A DNA stretch of 64,000 nt from the IMG/VR virus record IMGVR_UViG_2724679236_000008; one strand, 5' to 3'. The notes beneath the pieces are model-generated. The model was given only the letters and a program-made list of their open reading frames with translations. It searched no databases and was not told the origin of the DNA. Both the position numbers and the translations under genes were made by a program. Shown piece after piece: positions 53,845 through 64,000 of the stretch. The stretch is from a virus. Lineage: Duplodnaviria; Heunggongvirae; Uroviricota; Caudoviricetes. Numbering within the stretch: position 1 is the first letter of the stretch; every line of letters begins with the position of its first letter.

Positions 53845-54680
53845 TGCAACGTTCCTGGTTTAATAACCGACTTACATCAGCTAAGCAAAAGTCATTGCTC
53901 TATAAATCATTGGCTGATTTGGTTCAGTCAATGATAGACACCTTTGTTGACCCATGGTTGGAGCGAATTACCAACCGGAAGTCTATTTTCTCCATGAGCA
54001 AGGAGGATCTGGAGACTAGGACAAATGAACTTGGCCAGTTCTTTACTATCAGAACTTCGAACTCATCTTCCGTTCCGATGTTGTTACAACAGCGGCTTGA
54101 TGAGATCCACTTTAAGGGAACTGAACGCCCTATAAACCAGACAATTTACCGCGAATTTAACGGTATTTCTGTTTTATGGGATCCGATATATGCACCGGTG
54201 GACCTTGAGCGTCATCCCTACGGCACAGTTCTAATACCAGAAAGCACATTGGAGACTACCGGCGGCACATTCGGTGAGATGTTTCTGACTTCCAGAGGGA
54301 TGATCAGTATTCCCATAAACGACCTGGCCCGGACAATGGGAATTACTGGCACGATAGATCAGTCCGCAATTACAGAAGAAATTCTCAGAAAGTTTAATCA
54401 GTTCGTAAAGCCTCTACTGCCACTGCATATAGTGTTTGATGGGCTTACGCTCTATTTGTCGGTTGTTGTAAATGAACAGGCCGACATGATCACTTTGAAC
54501 GAGATTTCTGATACCGAAAAAGCGTACTGCTGGTTTGAAACTTCGGATACAACTTCGCTTACTGGAGTTACGTCGATTAGCGCCCCGATCACCGCAACGC
54601 CGGGCGGCACTATTGTGAAAGCCACACCTACGTTTGATCGCACCCGTGCAGATGATTTGTTGCTGGATAGCGATGTCTGA
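53841..54680 (+). CDS. putative baseplate / tail protein, 279 aa
   Basis: Overlapping start; baseplate block. Confidence 0.4.
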   Translation: MMQRSWFNNRLTSAKQKSLLYKSLADLVQSMIDTFVDPWLERITNRKSIFSMSKEDLETRTNELGQFFTIRTSNSSSVPMLLQQRLDEIHFKGTERPINQTIYREFNGISVLWDPIYAPVDLERHPYGTVLIPESTLETTGGTFGEMFLTSRGMISIPINDLARTMGITGTIDQSAITEEILRKFNQFVKPLLPLHIVFDGLTLYLSVVVNEQADMITLNEISDTEKAYCWFETSDTTSLTGVTSISAPITATPGGTIVKATPTFDRTRADDLLLDSDV

Positions 54681-54758
54681 TAACAACCCCGTCCGCAGGG
54701 CGGGGTGACAAGTTACTTCTCTTACAATGAGGCTTCACAACATTGATTAGGGAAAATC

Positions 54759-55193
54759 ATGTCTGACGTCTCAACAAACCTCTATAAGAGTCAGTTGTTG
54801 GACTATTACTATCAGCGGCGCGCTGAATCGTCCATAAACAAAGGCTCTCGATTTTTAATCAGCAAGGCCGTTTTCGGTACCAGTTCACTGGTTACTAAGA
54901 AAGGAGATGGTACTTATGAGATTGGAGAACTGCCAAAGGCTTTCGATCTGGCAGAGCTGACCAGTCAATTTTGCACCATCAACCTCGTGCCAACCTACTC
55001 AGGTGGGATAATTACTGTCCGGATGGACCTTGATCAAAGCCAGTTGCAGGAAGGGAAAAACTACCCATTCAACACTCTGGTTGTTCTGGATAACGAGAAC
55101 AAGCCAATCGCCATTATTTGTGTCCAGGAAGACTCGCTGTATGTGGGCAAAACATATACCGCAGTTATGGCCATAAACACGACTACAGCATAA
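54759..55193 (+). CDS. putative tail-fibre-associated protein, 144 aa
   Basis: Directly upstream of tail-fibre gene. Confidence 0.4.
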   Translation: MSDVSTNLYKSQLLDYYYQRRAESSINKGSRFLISKAVFGTSSLVTKKGDGTYEIGELPKAFDLAELTSQFCTINLVPTYSGGIITVRMDLDQSQLQEGKNYPFNTLVVLDNENKPIAIICVQEDSLYVGKTYTAVMAINTTTA

Positions 55194-55204
55194 GGATATG
55201 CTTG

Positions 55205-58123
55205 ATGAATGACGTTACAGTTGTCACATCGGTTACTTACCCATCACCCGAGTCGTTGGCTCTGGTGGCTGATGTGCAATACCACGAACCATATCTGTCA
55301 GCCGCGCTAAACCGAAAATTCAGGGGAATTGTTGACCCGGGATTTTATGCTGGTTTCTTGCCTAAGCCTGGCGGTGGGATGAACCTGTTAATCACCTCAG
55401 TGGATGGTGATAAAACCGCTGGCGCGGCGTCAGTGGATATTGGAGAATTCTACCAAGTAACTATTCAGCACCGTAAGGATATTTCTCTTGCACTTAGCGC
55501 AGGTAAGAAATATGCAATTGTGCTGAAGGGAAGATACCTCCTTGGAGAGGATACCTATCAGGTTAATACCGCGTCACATATTCATGCGGCTGAATTTATT
55601 GCCAGAACTTATACCGATTCATATCAGTTAGGAGATGGGGAGTTACTTGTTTGTACGGTAAATATCCCTGCTGGCGTATCTGCCATTACCCAGGAGATGA
55701 TTGATACATCTGAGCGTATCAACCGCACGATCGGCATTGAAATATCAGACTCTGTAACCAGCACCAGAAGTGATGTTGCGGCAAGTTCGCTGGCAGTTAA
55801 AAAAGCCTACGATCTGGCGAAAAGTAAGTATACGGCGCAGGATGCAAGCACAACGCAAAAGGGATTAGTTCAGCTCAGTAGCACAATTGACAGCGACAGC
55901 GAAACAATGGCGGCCACCCCTAAAGCCGTTAAGTCTGTAAAAGAACTGGCTGATACCAAAGCGCCAATAGAAAGCCCGAATCTGACAGGGAAACCAGGTG
56001 CCCCGACTGCGGCCCCAGGTACAAACAGTAATCAGATCGCGAATACAGCATTTGTTCATGCAGCTATAAGCGCGCTTATCAACGGCGCCCCGGGAACACT
56101 GGATACGCTGAAAGAAATTGCTGCTGCTATCAACAACGATCCGAAGTTCAGCACGACTATCAATAATGCGCTGAATCTTAAGGCTCCTTTAGCAAGCCCT
56201 GCATTCACCGGAATACCTACCGCGCCTACAGCACCGCAGGGTACAAATAATACACAGATAGCAACGACTGCTTATGTTAGGGCGGCTATTTCCGCATTGG
56301 TCGGTTCATCTCCTGAAGCTCTGGATACTCTGAATGAGTTAGCTGCGGCGCTTGGCAATGACCCGAACTTTGCGACAACCATGACCAATGCACTGGCAGG
56401 GAAACAGCCTCTTGATGCAACCTTAACCGCGCTCGCTGCCCTTGCGACTGGTGCAAATAAACTGCCTTATTTCACCGGTAAGGATACGGTAGCGCAGACT
56501 GATTTAACGTCAGTCGGTCGCGATATTCTGGCTAAAACAAGCACACTGGCCGTTATCCAATACCTTGGTTTAAGAGAACTTGGCACAAGCGGTGAAAAGA
56601 TCCCCCTGTTGAGCACGGCTAACACATGGAGTGCACGCCAGACTTTCAACGGTGGGATCACCGGGGCGCTGACAGGGAACGCCGACACCGCGACGAAATT
56701 AAAAACAGCACGGAAGATTAATAATGCCCCGTTTGACGGTTCAGCTGATATTAATATCAACACTCTGGTGTCGCGTGGTCGCGTAACGGCTCTGGAGGCG
56801 AATGCACAGGGAGCATCAGGGATTCAACTGTATGAGGCCTACAATAATGGCTATCCTTCTACCTATGGCAATGTGCTTCACCTTAAAGGTGCCACCGCTG
56901 CTGGCGAAGGTGAGTTATTCATTGGCTGGAGTGGCACGAGCGGTGCCCATGCGCCAGTACATATTCGTTCGCGGCGGGATACTGATTCTGCCAGCTGGTC
57001 AGAATGGGCACAAATTTATACGTCAAAAGACTCAGTTCCTGGTGTTAATACCAAAGGCAATCAAGACACGACAGGTAATGCTGCCACCGCCACAAGATTG
57101 CAGACGGCGCACACTATCAACGGCGTCTCGTTTGATGGTTCTGAAGATATTGAACTAACGGCGGAAGATTTAAATCTCGAACAAACAGTAGAGTTAGCTG
57201 CTGGAGCATTGCAGAAAAACCAGAACGGCGCAGATATTCCAAACAAAGATAAATTTACGCAAACAATAGGTGCTTGCCGCTCTTTTCATAGCTCTATCAG
57301 CACAGGTGCAGGAAACTGGACGACGGCGCAATTTATTGAATGGCTGGAATCTCAGTGGGCCTTCAATCATCCATACTGGCTGTGTAAATGCTCATGGTCA
57401 TACGGCAATAATAAAATTATTACTGACACCGGATGTGGACTTATTCACCTTGCGGGTTGCGTTATTGAAGTTATGGGCAATAAAGGCGCCATGACCATTC
57501 GTATAACCACACCGAGTACCTCTAGCAGTGGTGGCACCACTAATGCGCAATTTATATATATTAACCACGGTTCAGAGTATTTACCTGGCTGGCGACGTGA
57601 CTACAACACGAAAAATCAGCAGGCCGCTTTTGCTTTAGGGCAAACAGGAAGCACTGTCGGAAATGATAAAGCTGTTGGCTGGAACTGGAATAGCGGGGTA
57701 TATAACGCAAATATTGGTGGCGCATCGACATTAATCCTCCACTTCAATATGAACGCGGGTAGCTGCCCTGCTGTACAGTTCCGCGTAAATTATAAGAACG
57801 GTGGTATTTATTATCGTTCAGCGCGTGATGGTTATGGCTTCGAGGCTGACTGGTCAGAGTTTTACACCACAACCCGAAAACCTTCAGCGGCAGATGTTGG
57901 GGCATATACTAAAGCGGAATGTAATACGCGGTTTATTACAGGTATTCGATTAGGTACAAAATCATCAGCGCAAACATGGAATGGTCCTGGCTGGGGCGAT
58001 AAATCAGGTTACGTTGTTACAGGTTCCGTTAACTCAAACAAAGATGAACTTATTGATACAACACAGGCAAGGCCAGTGCAATATTGTATCAATGGCACCT
58101 GGTATAATGCGGGAAGTATTTAA
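55205..58123 (+). CDS. tail fibre protein S (constant part plus currently joined variable part Sv), about 972 aa
   Basis: ATG 55205 after AAGGA; internal tandem repeats (NTAFVHAAISALINGAPGTLDTLKE / TTAYVRAAISALVGSSPEALDTLNE); cix site at 56553-56578 inside the gene. Confidence 0.8.
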   Translation: MNDVTVVTSVTYPSPESLALVADVQYHEPYLSAALNRKFRGIVDPGFYAGFLPKPGGGMNLLITSVDGDKTAGAASVDIGEFYQVTIQHRKDISLALSAGKKYAIVLKGRYLLGEDTYQVNTASHIHAAEFIARTYTDSYQLGDGELLVCTVNIPAGVSAITQEMIDTSERINRTIGIEISDSVTSTRSDVAASSLAVKKAYDLAKSKYTAQDASTTQKGLVQLSSTIDSDSETMAATPKAVKSVKELADTKAPIESPNLTGKPGAPTAAPGTNSNQIANTAFVHAAISALINGAPGTLDTLKEIAAAINNDPKFSTTINNALNLKAPLASPAFTGIPTAPTAPQGTNNTQIATTAYVRAAISALVGSSPEALDTLNELAAALGNDPNFATTMTNALAGKQPLDATLTALAALATGANKLPYFTGKDTVAQTDLTSVGRDILAKTSTLAVIQYLGLRELGTSGEKIPLLSTANTWSARQTFNGGITGALTGNADTATKLKTARKINNAPFDGSADININTLVSRGRVTALEANAQGASGIQLYEAYNNGYPSTYGNVLHLKGATAAGEGELFIGWSGTSGAHAPVHIRSRRDTDSASWSEWAQIYTSKDSVPGVNTKGNQDTTGNAATATRLQTAHTINGVSFDGSEDIELTAEDLNLEQTVELAAGALQKNQNGADIPNKDKFTQTIGACRSFHSSISTGAGNWTTAQFIEWLESQWAFNHPYWLCKCSWSYGNNKIITDTGCGLIHLAGCVIEVMGNKGAMTIRITTPSTSSSGGTTNAQFIYINHGSEYLPGWRRDYNTKNQQAAFALGQTGSTVGNDKAVGWNWNSGVYNANIGGASTLILHFNMNAGSCPAVQFRVNYKNGGIYYRSARDGYGFEADWSEFYTTTRKPSAADVGAYTKAECNTRFITGIRLGTKSSAQTWNGPGWGDKSGYVVTGSVNSNKDELIDTTQARPVQYCINGTWYNAGSI
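56553..56578. other. cixL-like recombination site (Cin/Gin-type crossover site)
   Basis: ttatccaataccttggtttaagagaa; flanking sequence repeated in inverted orientation ending at 61050. Confidence 0.55.
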
Positions 58124-58125
58124 TT

Positions 58126-58659
58126 ATGATGCATTTAAAAAATATTAAAGCAGGAAACCCCAAAACCGTAGAACAATATGAATTAACACGACAATTTGGC
58201 GTTGTCTGGTTGTATTCTGATGACGATAGAAACTGGTATGAGGAACAGAAAAACTTTCAGGGAGATACAATAAAAATTGCTTACACTGCCGATGGAATCA
58301 TTGTGGCTGTAGATAAGGATGTATCGACAATTAATCCCGAAGGTTTAAGCGTTGTTGAGGTTCCTGATATTACAGCCAATAGGCGGGCCGATATTTCTGG
58401 TAACTGGCTGTTCAAAGATGGGGCGGTGATAAAGCGAACTTATACCGGAGAAGAACAGAGGCAACAGGCGGAAAATGAGAAGCAAAACCTGTTACAACTC
58501 GTCAGGGATAAAACTCAGCTATGGGATTCTCAGCTACGACTTGGAATTATTTCTGCTGAGAATAAACAAAAATTAACCGAGTGGATGCTCTACGCACAGA
58601 AAGTTGAATCCATAGACATCTCTATCCTACCAGTAACATTTCCCGAACAACCAGAATGA
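58126..58659 (+). CDS. tail fibre assembly protein U, 177 aa
   Basis: Downstream of S; mirrored by inverted alternative U' on reverse strand. Confidence 0.7.
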   Translation: MMHLKNIKAGNPKTVEQYELTRQFGVVWLYSDDDRNWYEEQKNFQGDTIKIAYTADGIIVAVDKDVSTINPEGLSVVEVPDITANRRADISGNWLFKDGAVIKRTYTGEEQRQQAENEKQNLLQLVRDKTQLWDSQLRLGIISAENKQKLTEWMLYAQKVESIDISILPVTFPEQPE

Positions 58660-58686
58660 GAGAAGGCCCGCATCGGGCCTTAATTT

Positions 58687-59100
58687 TTACTCTGGTTTTT
58701 GTGGCCATTCTGGCTTTGCCGTATCCACGCGGCTGAGCAGAACGCTGTAACGTTCCCAGGATTCCAGTTGGCTACGCTCCTCATCCGTCGCCATATTCAG
58801 TCTGACAGCTCGTTCCAGTGGCAATATGATAGACTCCGCTTCTGTCAGAAGCTTAGATTTTTTCCTCTCCGCTTGCCAGATTAAGTCAGCTTGGGTTGGT
58901 GGTTCTGGTTCCATTAAAACTGGTTGACCGTATTCATTTGAATTGATTTTTTTACCTTCTGATTGTTTATCCAGGAGATAATGATACCAGCGGTCTGATA
59001 TTTCAATAGCATCATCAGGCCATGCACCATTAATATCATAATCGCTTTTTAGATTATCATCATAAAAACCATTTGTTGACGGGCTGTAATAAATTGTCAT
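58687..59100 (-). CDS. alternative tail fibre assembly protein U' (inverted copy), 137 aa
   Basis: Reverse-strand ORF inside the invertible segment. Confidence 0.65.
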   Translation of the reverse strand: MTIYYSPSTNGFYDDNLKSDYDINGAWPDDAIEISDRWYHYLLDKQSEGKKINSNEYGQPVLMEPEPPTQADLIWQAERKKSKLLTEAESIILPLERAVRLNMATDEERSQLESWERYSVLLSRVDTAKPEWPQKPE

Positions 59101-59101
59101 A

Positions 59102-61006
59102 TTAGTAACCTATAGCTGTCCAGTACATATTGCCGTTACCCTCACTGTTAAATTTTGTTCCGGTTCTGGATAGTGAGTTAACAGCAATGCTGTAGTCAAA
59201 ACGACCATGCGCGTTAGTGATTGTTATGCTTGTACAGGCAGAGGGAAAAGCTATTGGAAATGTTAACCCTGCTCCAGCATTAGAAATATATCCCCACTGC
59301 GTAATAATTCCTGTAGAGACATCTTTATGCCAGCCATTCGCCGCTTTGAACGCGGTATTTTTAGCCTGATAACGGGAGTCAAAATTACCGTAATCTGACG
59401 GGTTAACACGCCCACTAATATTCAGTAGTTTATTACTTTGAATACTTCCACTCGTAAAGCGGAAAACATGGGCATTGTTAGCATAAACATCAAGAACACC
59501 ATCGCCATTTTGCTTTAAACCAGTATCACCATCACCCAGAACAATGGAGTTACCTCCTAAAGCGTTTGCCGTTCTTATACCAAGTGCGCCGTTCAACTGG
59601 CCGCCAGATAACGGCAATGCCCCAACTTCAGCGGCAGTAGGTCTAATATGCGAACTGTAAATTACATAAACCGTTCCATCAGTCAGGCCTGTCGGTTTAT
59701 TCGCTGTATAAGTTGGTGATGTATGAATTTGTACAGTGGCATCCTTTGTATAATCCCACTGGATATTAACACCCGTGGCGTAATTACCTATTTCTACATA
59801 AATGTCATAGGTATCACCGGATGTATTCACCCATGCAAAATTAGTAAATCCTGATGATGTCCGCCGCCATAATGCACCAGTGATGCCTTTAGGGTTTCCA
59901 TTGCCAGCACGTAAAACAAGTTCAGATATACCCGCCTGCTGCGGGGAACCGACATTATATCCAGCACCACCAATCAGGCTTACATAAACCACGGAACTGG
60001 CCTGTGGCATAGTTACAGTCGCCAGTTTGAACCATCCTGCACCGCCATTAAAGGATATGGTTGTTGAATTTGTTGTCCCGATGTTGCGCAGGAATAATTT
60101 TTTATCAGGAATATCTGCACCGTTCTGGTTTTTCTGCAATGCTCCAGCAGCTAACTCTACTGTTTGTTCGAGATTTAAATCTTCCGCCGTTAGTTCAATG
60201 TCTTCAGAACCATCAAACGAGACGCCGTTGATAGTACATGCTGTCTGCAACTTGGTCGCTGTCGCTGCATTACCGGTAGTGTCTTGATTACCTTTTGTAT
60301 TCACACCAGGCAAATCTATATCGGCTGAACCATCAAAGGATACACCACCTATGTTTATTGAACTTGCTAATTTCGTTGCTGTTGCTGCATTTCCTGAAAG
60401 GCTTGAAACAAACTGATGTGAGCAGTAATAACCACGTCCATTTTTAAAATCCAGAATGGTTTGAGTATTTGTACTTTCTGCTACTGGATCTGTGGCCCCC
60501 CACTTATAGGTGGCTTGACCAACGGTATAGTCAGTAGTTGGAACAATTACGTTCAAGCCCTCCTCAGCAAATATCTTGATAGGAAATGCTCTGGCTTCAA
60601 CGTAAAATACACTACACAAATCGTCATCTTTCACACTTGAAATAATCGAGTGTATAGCTCGCTCAGCAGTAGAATATATTGAGAAAAAACCAGCCGCATA
60701 TGAACCGCGATCAGACCAACCGCCAGGCATAACAAACCCATTAAATTCACAATTATTCATGGCGTATCCGCCAGCTGAGGAATAAGTAGTTATCACAACT
60801 CGTGAGGCTAATTCATCGGTACTGCCTCCAGATCGGCGAAAGACTATAGGATACCACTTACCGCTTACTGCATTTGCAGGCGCTGAAAAAGTGTATTTTC
60901 GCATCCCTTTTTTATTGTCTATTTCGCTTTTGCTGTAAACGTCCAGATCTTTAGGAGTCNNNNNNNNNNAAGTCTGGCGTGCACTCCATGTGTTAGCCGT
61001 GCTCAA
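59102..61006 (-). CDS. alternative tail-fibre variable segment Sv' (no independent start; joined to S constant part after inversion); contains assembly gap
   Basis: N-terminal [11 protein letters not shown] matches S residues at 56600-56640; internal [18 protein letters not shown]...[24 protein letters not shown] block matches S at 57040-57240; 10 N at 60960-60969. Confidence 0.6.
   Translation of the reverse strand: MSTANTWSARQTXXXXTPKDLDVYSKSEIDNKKGMRKYTFSAPANAVSGKWYPIVFRRSGGSTDELASRVVITTYSSAGGYAMNNCEFNGFVMPGGWSDRGSYAAGFFSIYSTAERAIHSIISSVKDDDLCSVFYVEARAFPIKIFAEEGLNVIVPTTDYTVGQATYKWGATDPVAESTNTQTILDFKNGRGYYCSHQFVSSLSGNAATATKLASSINIGGVSFDGSADIDLPGVNTKGNQDTTGNAATATKLQTACTINGVSFDGSEDIELTAEDLNLEQTVELAAGALQKNQNGADIPDKKLFLRNIGTTNSTTISFNGGAGWFKLATVTMPQASSVVYVSLIGGAGYNVGSPQQAGISELVLRAGNGNPKGITGALWRRTSSGFTNFAWVNTSGDTYDIYVEIGNYATGVNIQWDYTKDATVQIHTSPTYTANKPTGLTDGTVYVIYSSHIRPTAAEVGALPLSGGQLNGALGIRTANALGGNSIVLGDGDTGLKQNGDGVLDVYANNAHVFRFTSGSIQSNKLLNISGRVNPSDYGNFDSRYQAKNTAFKAANGWHKDVSTGIITQWGYISNAGAGLTFPIAFPSACTSITITNAHGRFDYSIAVNSLSRTGTKFNSEGNGNMYWTAIGY
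60960..60969. other. assembly gap (10 N) inside the inverted repeat
   Basis: Run of n characters. Confidence 1.
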
Positions 61007-61036
61007 CAGGGGGATCTTTTCACCGCTTGTGCCAAG

Positions 61037-61062
61037 TTCTCTTAAACCAAGGTTTAGGATTG
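61037..61062. other. cixR-like recombination site
   Basis: ttctcttaaaccaaggtttaggattg; left half is the reverse complement of the cixL right half; overlaps cin 3' end. Confidence 0.55.
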
Positions 61063-61614
61063 AAATGATGACGCAGGAAACTTTTTATAAAGCGTGGAAA
61101 CAGCAACATCATAGATGATTGCAACCTGCTTACGGGGGATGCCATTCTCCAGCAATCGACGCATTTGCTGCCATGTTTCTTCCGGGTATTTAGGTCTGCG
61201 GCCTCCTATTCGACCTTCTGCGCGAGCTGCATCAAGTCCAGCGCGTGTACGTTCAACGATAAGCTCGCGTTCCATTTCTGCCAGTGCCCCCATTACGTGA
61301 AAGAAAAAGCGCCCCATTGGTGTACTGGTGTCGATGGAGTCAGTGAGACTCCGGAAGTTAATTCCTCTGTCACGTAGCTCTTCCACCAGCACAACCAAGT
61401 GACGCATGCTGCGCCCAAGGCGATCTAACTTCCATACGATCAGGGTGTCACCTCTGGAAAGCATACGCAAAACCTTTTTTAGCCCTGGGCGTTCAGCCTT
61501 TTTGCCGCTCGCCTTATCCTCAAAAATTAGCTCACATCCTGCGCTTTCAAGAGCGTTTCGTTGTAAAGCAGTGTTTTGTTCATTTGTTGATACGCGTACA
61601 TAGCCTATTAGCAT
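61054..61614 (-). CDS. cin: site-specific DNA invertase Cin (serine recombinase, Hin/Gin family), 186 aa
   Basis: MLIGYVRVSTNEQ catalytic serine region, resolvase core and C-terminal HTH. Confidence 0.95.
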   Translation of the reverse strand: MLIGYVRVSTNEQNTALQRNALESAGCELIFEDKASGKKAERPGLKKVLRMLSRGDTLIVWKLDRLGRSMRHLVVLVEELRDRGINFRSLTDSIDTSTPMGRFFFHVMGALAEMERELIVERTRAGLDAARAEGRIGGRRPKYPEETWQQMRRLLENGIPRKQVAIIYDVAVSTLYKKFPASSFQS

Positions 61615-61742
61615 ATTTTCTGCTCACTATCGTTATTTATAGCAAGCTGCGGATTTTAATTAACAAAAAACCAGTATGTGTGGAAATCACAAAGTACATA
61701 CCGTTTCCCAATGAGATTTAATTCACTATTGAGGAAATAGTT

Positions 61743-62024
61743 ATGTTTGATTTCACAATAATGCTCCTCTCCATCCTTGGCGGGGTGCATTCGTTTCTGA
61801 ATGGGGTTCGTGAAAAACGTTACGAAGCGTCATGCAGGCAATTGATGGCCGAGTGTATTGCTGCCGTACTTGCAGGCTTTATAGGCATGTATTTCGCGGA
61901 ATATAAGGGTATGGATGAAAGTCTTCAGAATTGCGTGACTATTATTTGCAGCATCAATAACAGGCTCATTCTTGAAAAGTTACAAAGGATTATCGATTCG
62001 TACCTCAGTAGAAATGCCTCTTAA
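61743..62024 (+). CDS. small membrane protein (holin/antiholin-like), 93 aa
   Basis: Two hydrophobic helices; charged C-terminus. Confidence 0.4.
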   Translation: MFDFTIMLLSILGGVHSFLNGVREKRYEASCRQLMAECIAAVLAGFIGMYFAEYKGMDESLQNCVTIICSINNRLILEKLQRIIDSYLSRNAS

Positions 62025-62091
62025 GCAACAAATGACCGGTTGAGAAGTTACTTTGCATACCATTACCTCCTGACAACGTAGGAGGGAACTT

Positions 62092-62421
62092 GTGCTTGAC
62101 ACACAGGAATTAGCTCCAGTTGCTATTGCGCTCCTGCTTTCAGTAATTGGTGGGATAGGCACGTTCCTGATGGATGTCCGAGACGGTCGCCAGTCTGGCA
62201 ATTTGTTGGGATTGGTTACGGAGATCTTTGTTGCAGTGACAGCTGGCGCGGTGGCGTACCTATTGGGGCAACACGAGGGCTGGGAGTTATCAATTACGTA
62301 CTTAATGGTAACGATAGCCAGCAATAACGGTCATGAGGTGATTTCAGGGATGAAACGAGTGAATATCGATAGCATTCTGAATGTTCTTACAAGTTTGGTG
62401 AAAAAGGGAGGCGGGAAATGA
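62092..62421 (+). CDS. holin-like membrane protein, 109 aa
   Basis: Two or three TM helices (VAIALLLSVIGGIGTFL, IFVAVTAGAVAYLLG) and basic C-terminal tail. Confidence 0.45.
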   Translation: MLDTQELAPVAIALLLSVIGGIGTFLMDVRDGRQSGNLLGLVTEIFVAVTAGAVAYLLGQHEGWELSITYLMVTIASNNGHEVISGMKRVNIDSILNVLTSLVKKGGGK

Positions 62422-62861
62422 TTGGCTGGGGTGTATGCGCTCTTGCGGCAGCCTTAGCTGATCGCTATTTGCTAAAACGCAAGGACATCACGAATTTAGA
62501 GCTTGGTGATGTGGAAATTAAACCGGGATTTATCCGGGTGCCGTTCAAATATCGGTCTAAATTCCCGTTTTTGCGCGGTGCAACGGTCAGATATTGGATC
62601 CGTGATGTTCAGAAGCCGACGACAGTGATTGAAGGCGAACAACGTTGCCTGACGTCGGCTGAACAGGGCGAAAACAGTGAATGGTTGTACATACCCACTG
62701 AATATATGGGTAAAGGAGAACGACTGTGGCATTTCAACGTCATGGTTACGCACGGCGACTCGTTCATTAACCCGTTGTATCGGATTTTCCCTGTTACTCA
62801 GCAAATCCGCAGAAGTTACGTAATAAATCTCGCACAGGATGTGTCAGATGACGAAAAATAA
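62418..62861 (+). CDS. hypothetical protein, 147 aa
   Basis: Overlapping start with previous gene. Confidence 0.5.
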   Translation: MIGWGVCALAAALADRYLLKRKDITNLELGDVEIKPGFIRVPFKYRSKFPFLRGATVRYWIRDVQKPTTVIEGEQRCLTSAEQGENSEWLYIPTEYMGKGERLWHFNVMVTHGDSFINPLYRIFPVTQQIRRSYVINLAQDVSDDEK

Positions 62862-63450
62862 GTATGCAACGGTCGATTTTGACCAGGTTAATGAAAAGGG
62901 GCTGAAATCCCTTATCGCGGCGATCAATAAAACCGGTGTTACGGTAATTGAGGTTGACTCCAGCAACCGCGCAACAACGAAAGATGGCGTTAAAGTTAAA
63001 ACCGCAAAGCTGGTTCTTAACGACGGACAAATTCTTGCCATACAGGTAAACGATACTGGTGATATATCGGCTGTGAAACTGAATGGAAAATCTATTCCTA
63101 ACGCACAGTCGCCAGATATCAAGACGCTTGGTACCGTCATGGGGCAAGCGGCCCGCAAAAACTCCGCGAAATTCCAGAAATCACTGATCGCCAAAGCGAA
63201 GCGTGTTGCCAATCCGGTAGACAAGAAACCAGCAGTTAAATCCAACTTTCAGCGCCTGCAAGAAGCAAAACAGCGGAATGCTCAGGTGGTTGCCGCTTAT
63301 AAGTCCGCGCAGAATTCGGTGTCTTTCAATCAACAGCAGATCACTGATTTGCGGGCGAAGCTGGATAAGGAGACGGGCCGACTCAATAACGAAAAGGCAC
63401 GGAATGGCGAACTCAAACGCCGTCTTAAGCAACTGAAAGCAGGAAATTAA
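62848..63450 (+). CDS. hypothetical protein with C-terminal coiled coil, about 200 aa
   Basis: ATG 62848 after AGGA; track ORF starts 3 codons upstream. Confidence 0.5.
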   Translation: MTKNKYATVDFDQVNEKGLKSLIAAINKTGVTVIEVDSSNRATTKDGVKVKTAKLVLNDGQILAIQVNDTGDISAVKLNGKSIPNAQSPDIKTLGTVMGQAARKNSAKFQKSLIAKAKRVANPVDKKPAVKSNFQRLQEAKQRNAQVVAAYKSAQNSVSFNQQQITDLRAKLDKETGRLNNEKARNGELKRRLKQLKAGN

Positions 63451-63451
63451 C

Positions 63452-64000
63452 ATGGAACAGTTCAATATCAATAAAGGGGTGACGATCAAACCTGGGCTTG
63501 ACGTGCTTCCCCCGCCAGTGACTGATGATGAATATCGCGCATTAATGGCCGGTGAGGACCGCTATCTGATGACGGAATCCAACACCCTGGAGGAAATCGA
63601 GGCTACGTTCTTCTATGACACGCCGATCCACTGGTGTGCTACGGATTTACTGGAGGCGATTAGTTCTACTCGTTTGCAGTTACACCGGACCATGCAGGCA
63701 TTTGTCCGGGCATTGAACCAGAAGCTGAATGGTACCGGAATCTCTGCGGGGAGTGATAAAACGGGGATGTGGCCCAGAGCGGCGCGCGCGCGATCGGCGG
63801 CGCTGAAATTGGTCGGGCACGTAACGTTAACGGGCTGCCGGTCCTGCCAGCCATTATTCCGCTCAGTGATGGTCAGACTATCAGCATTTTGTTTCATAGC
63901 CCGACAGCGGAAAACCGGATCACCAATAGCGATACGCTGGTTGCTTTCCAGTTCTTACTGAATAAAAAAGACGTTACTCACACCGTTGCTCCGATGAGTG
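63452..64000 (+). CDS. hypothetical protein, 3' partial; apparent frame change near the (GC)n tract at 63781-63792
   Basis: Frame 2 protein-like to about 63770, then a different frame carries NGLPVLPAIIPLSDGQTISILFHSPTAENRITNSDTLVAFQFLL to the window edge. Confidence 0.4.

Overview
The window reads as a large segment of a P1-type phage-plasmid (Punavirus-like), in reverse orientation to the usual P1 map. Nothing was searched or computed; calls rest on reading the sequence and the ORF track, plus recalled P1 biology. Backbone landmarks: partial pacA with TGATCA hexamers, phd-doc, ban helicase, tRNAs, a fused C5/N6 DNA methyltransferase, the incC-repA-incA replicon with DnaA boxes, parA-parB-parS, head and tail genes, kilA-repL, icd-ant, the sit transglycosylase, tail-fibre genes with a cin-invertible segment, and at least ten copies of the C1-operator 17-mer. 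The part the backbone does not explain is about 12 kb between phd and the '+' structural block (2979-14924). It holds a complete type I R-M locus (hsdM-hsdS-hsdR) whose hsdM is broken by a 1-nt frameshift, a C1-operator-controlled pair (72-aa ORF plus 420-aa coiled-coil protein), a HAD phosphatase, a 28-aa hydrophobic peptide, and a tightly overlapping four-gene cassette (two paralogous GSGPS-motif MptE/GT42-like proteins, a lambda-PPase/ApaH-like phosphoesterase, a DxD glycosyltransferase-like protein) next to a VRR-NUC nuclease and a zinc-ribbon protein. I regard the four-gene cassette and the coiled-coil pair as the best candidates for an undescribed system, but cannot tell from sequence alone whether they are cargo or unannotated backbone.
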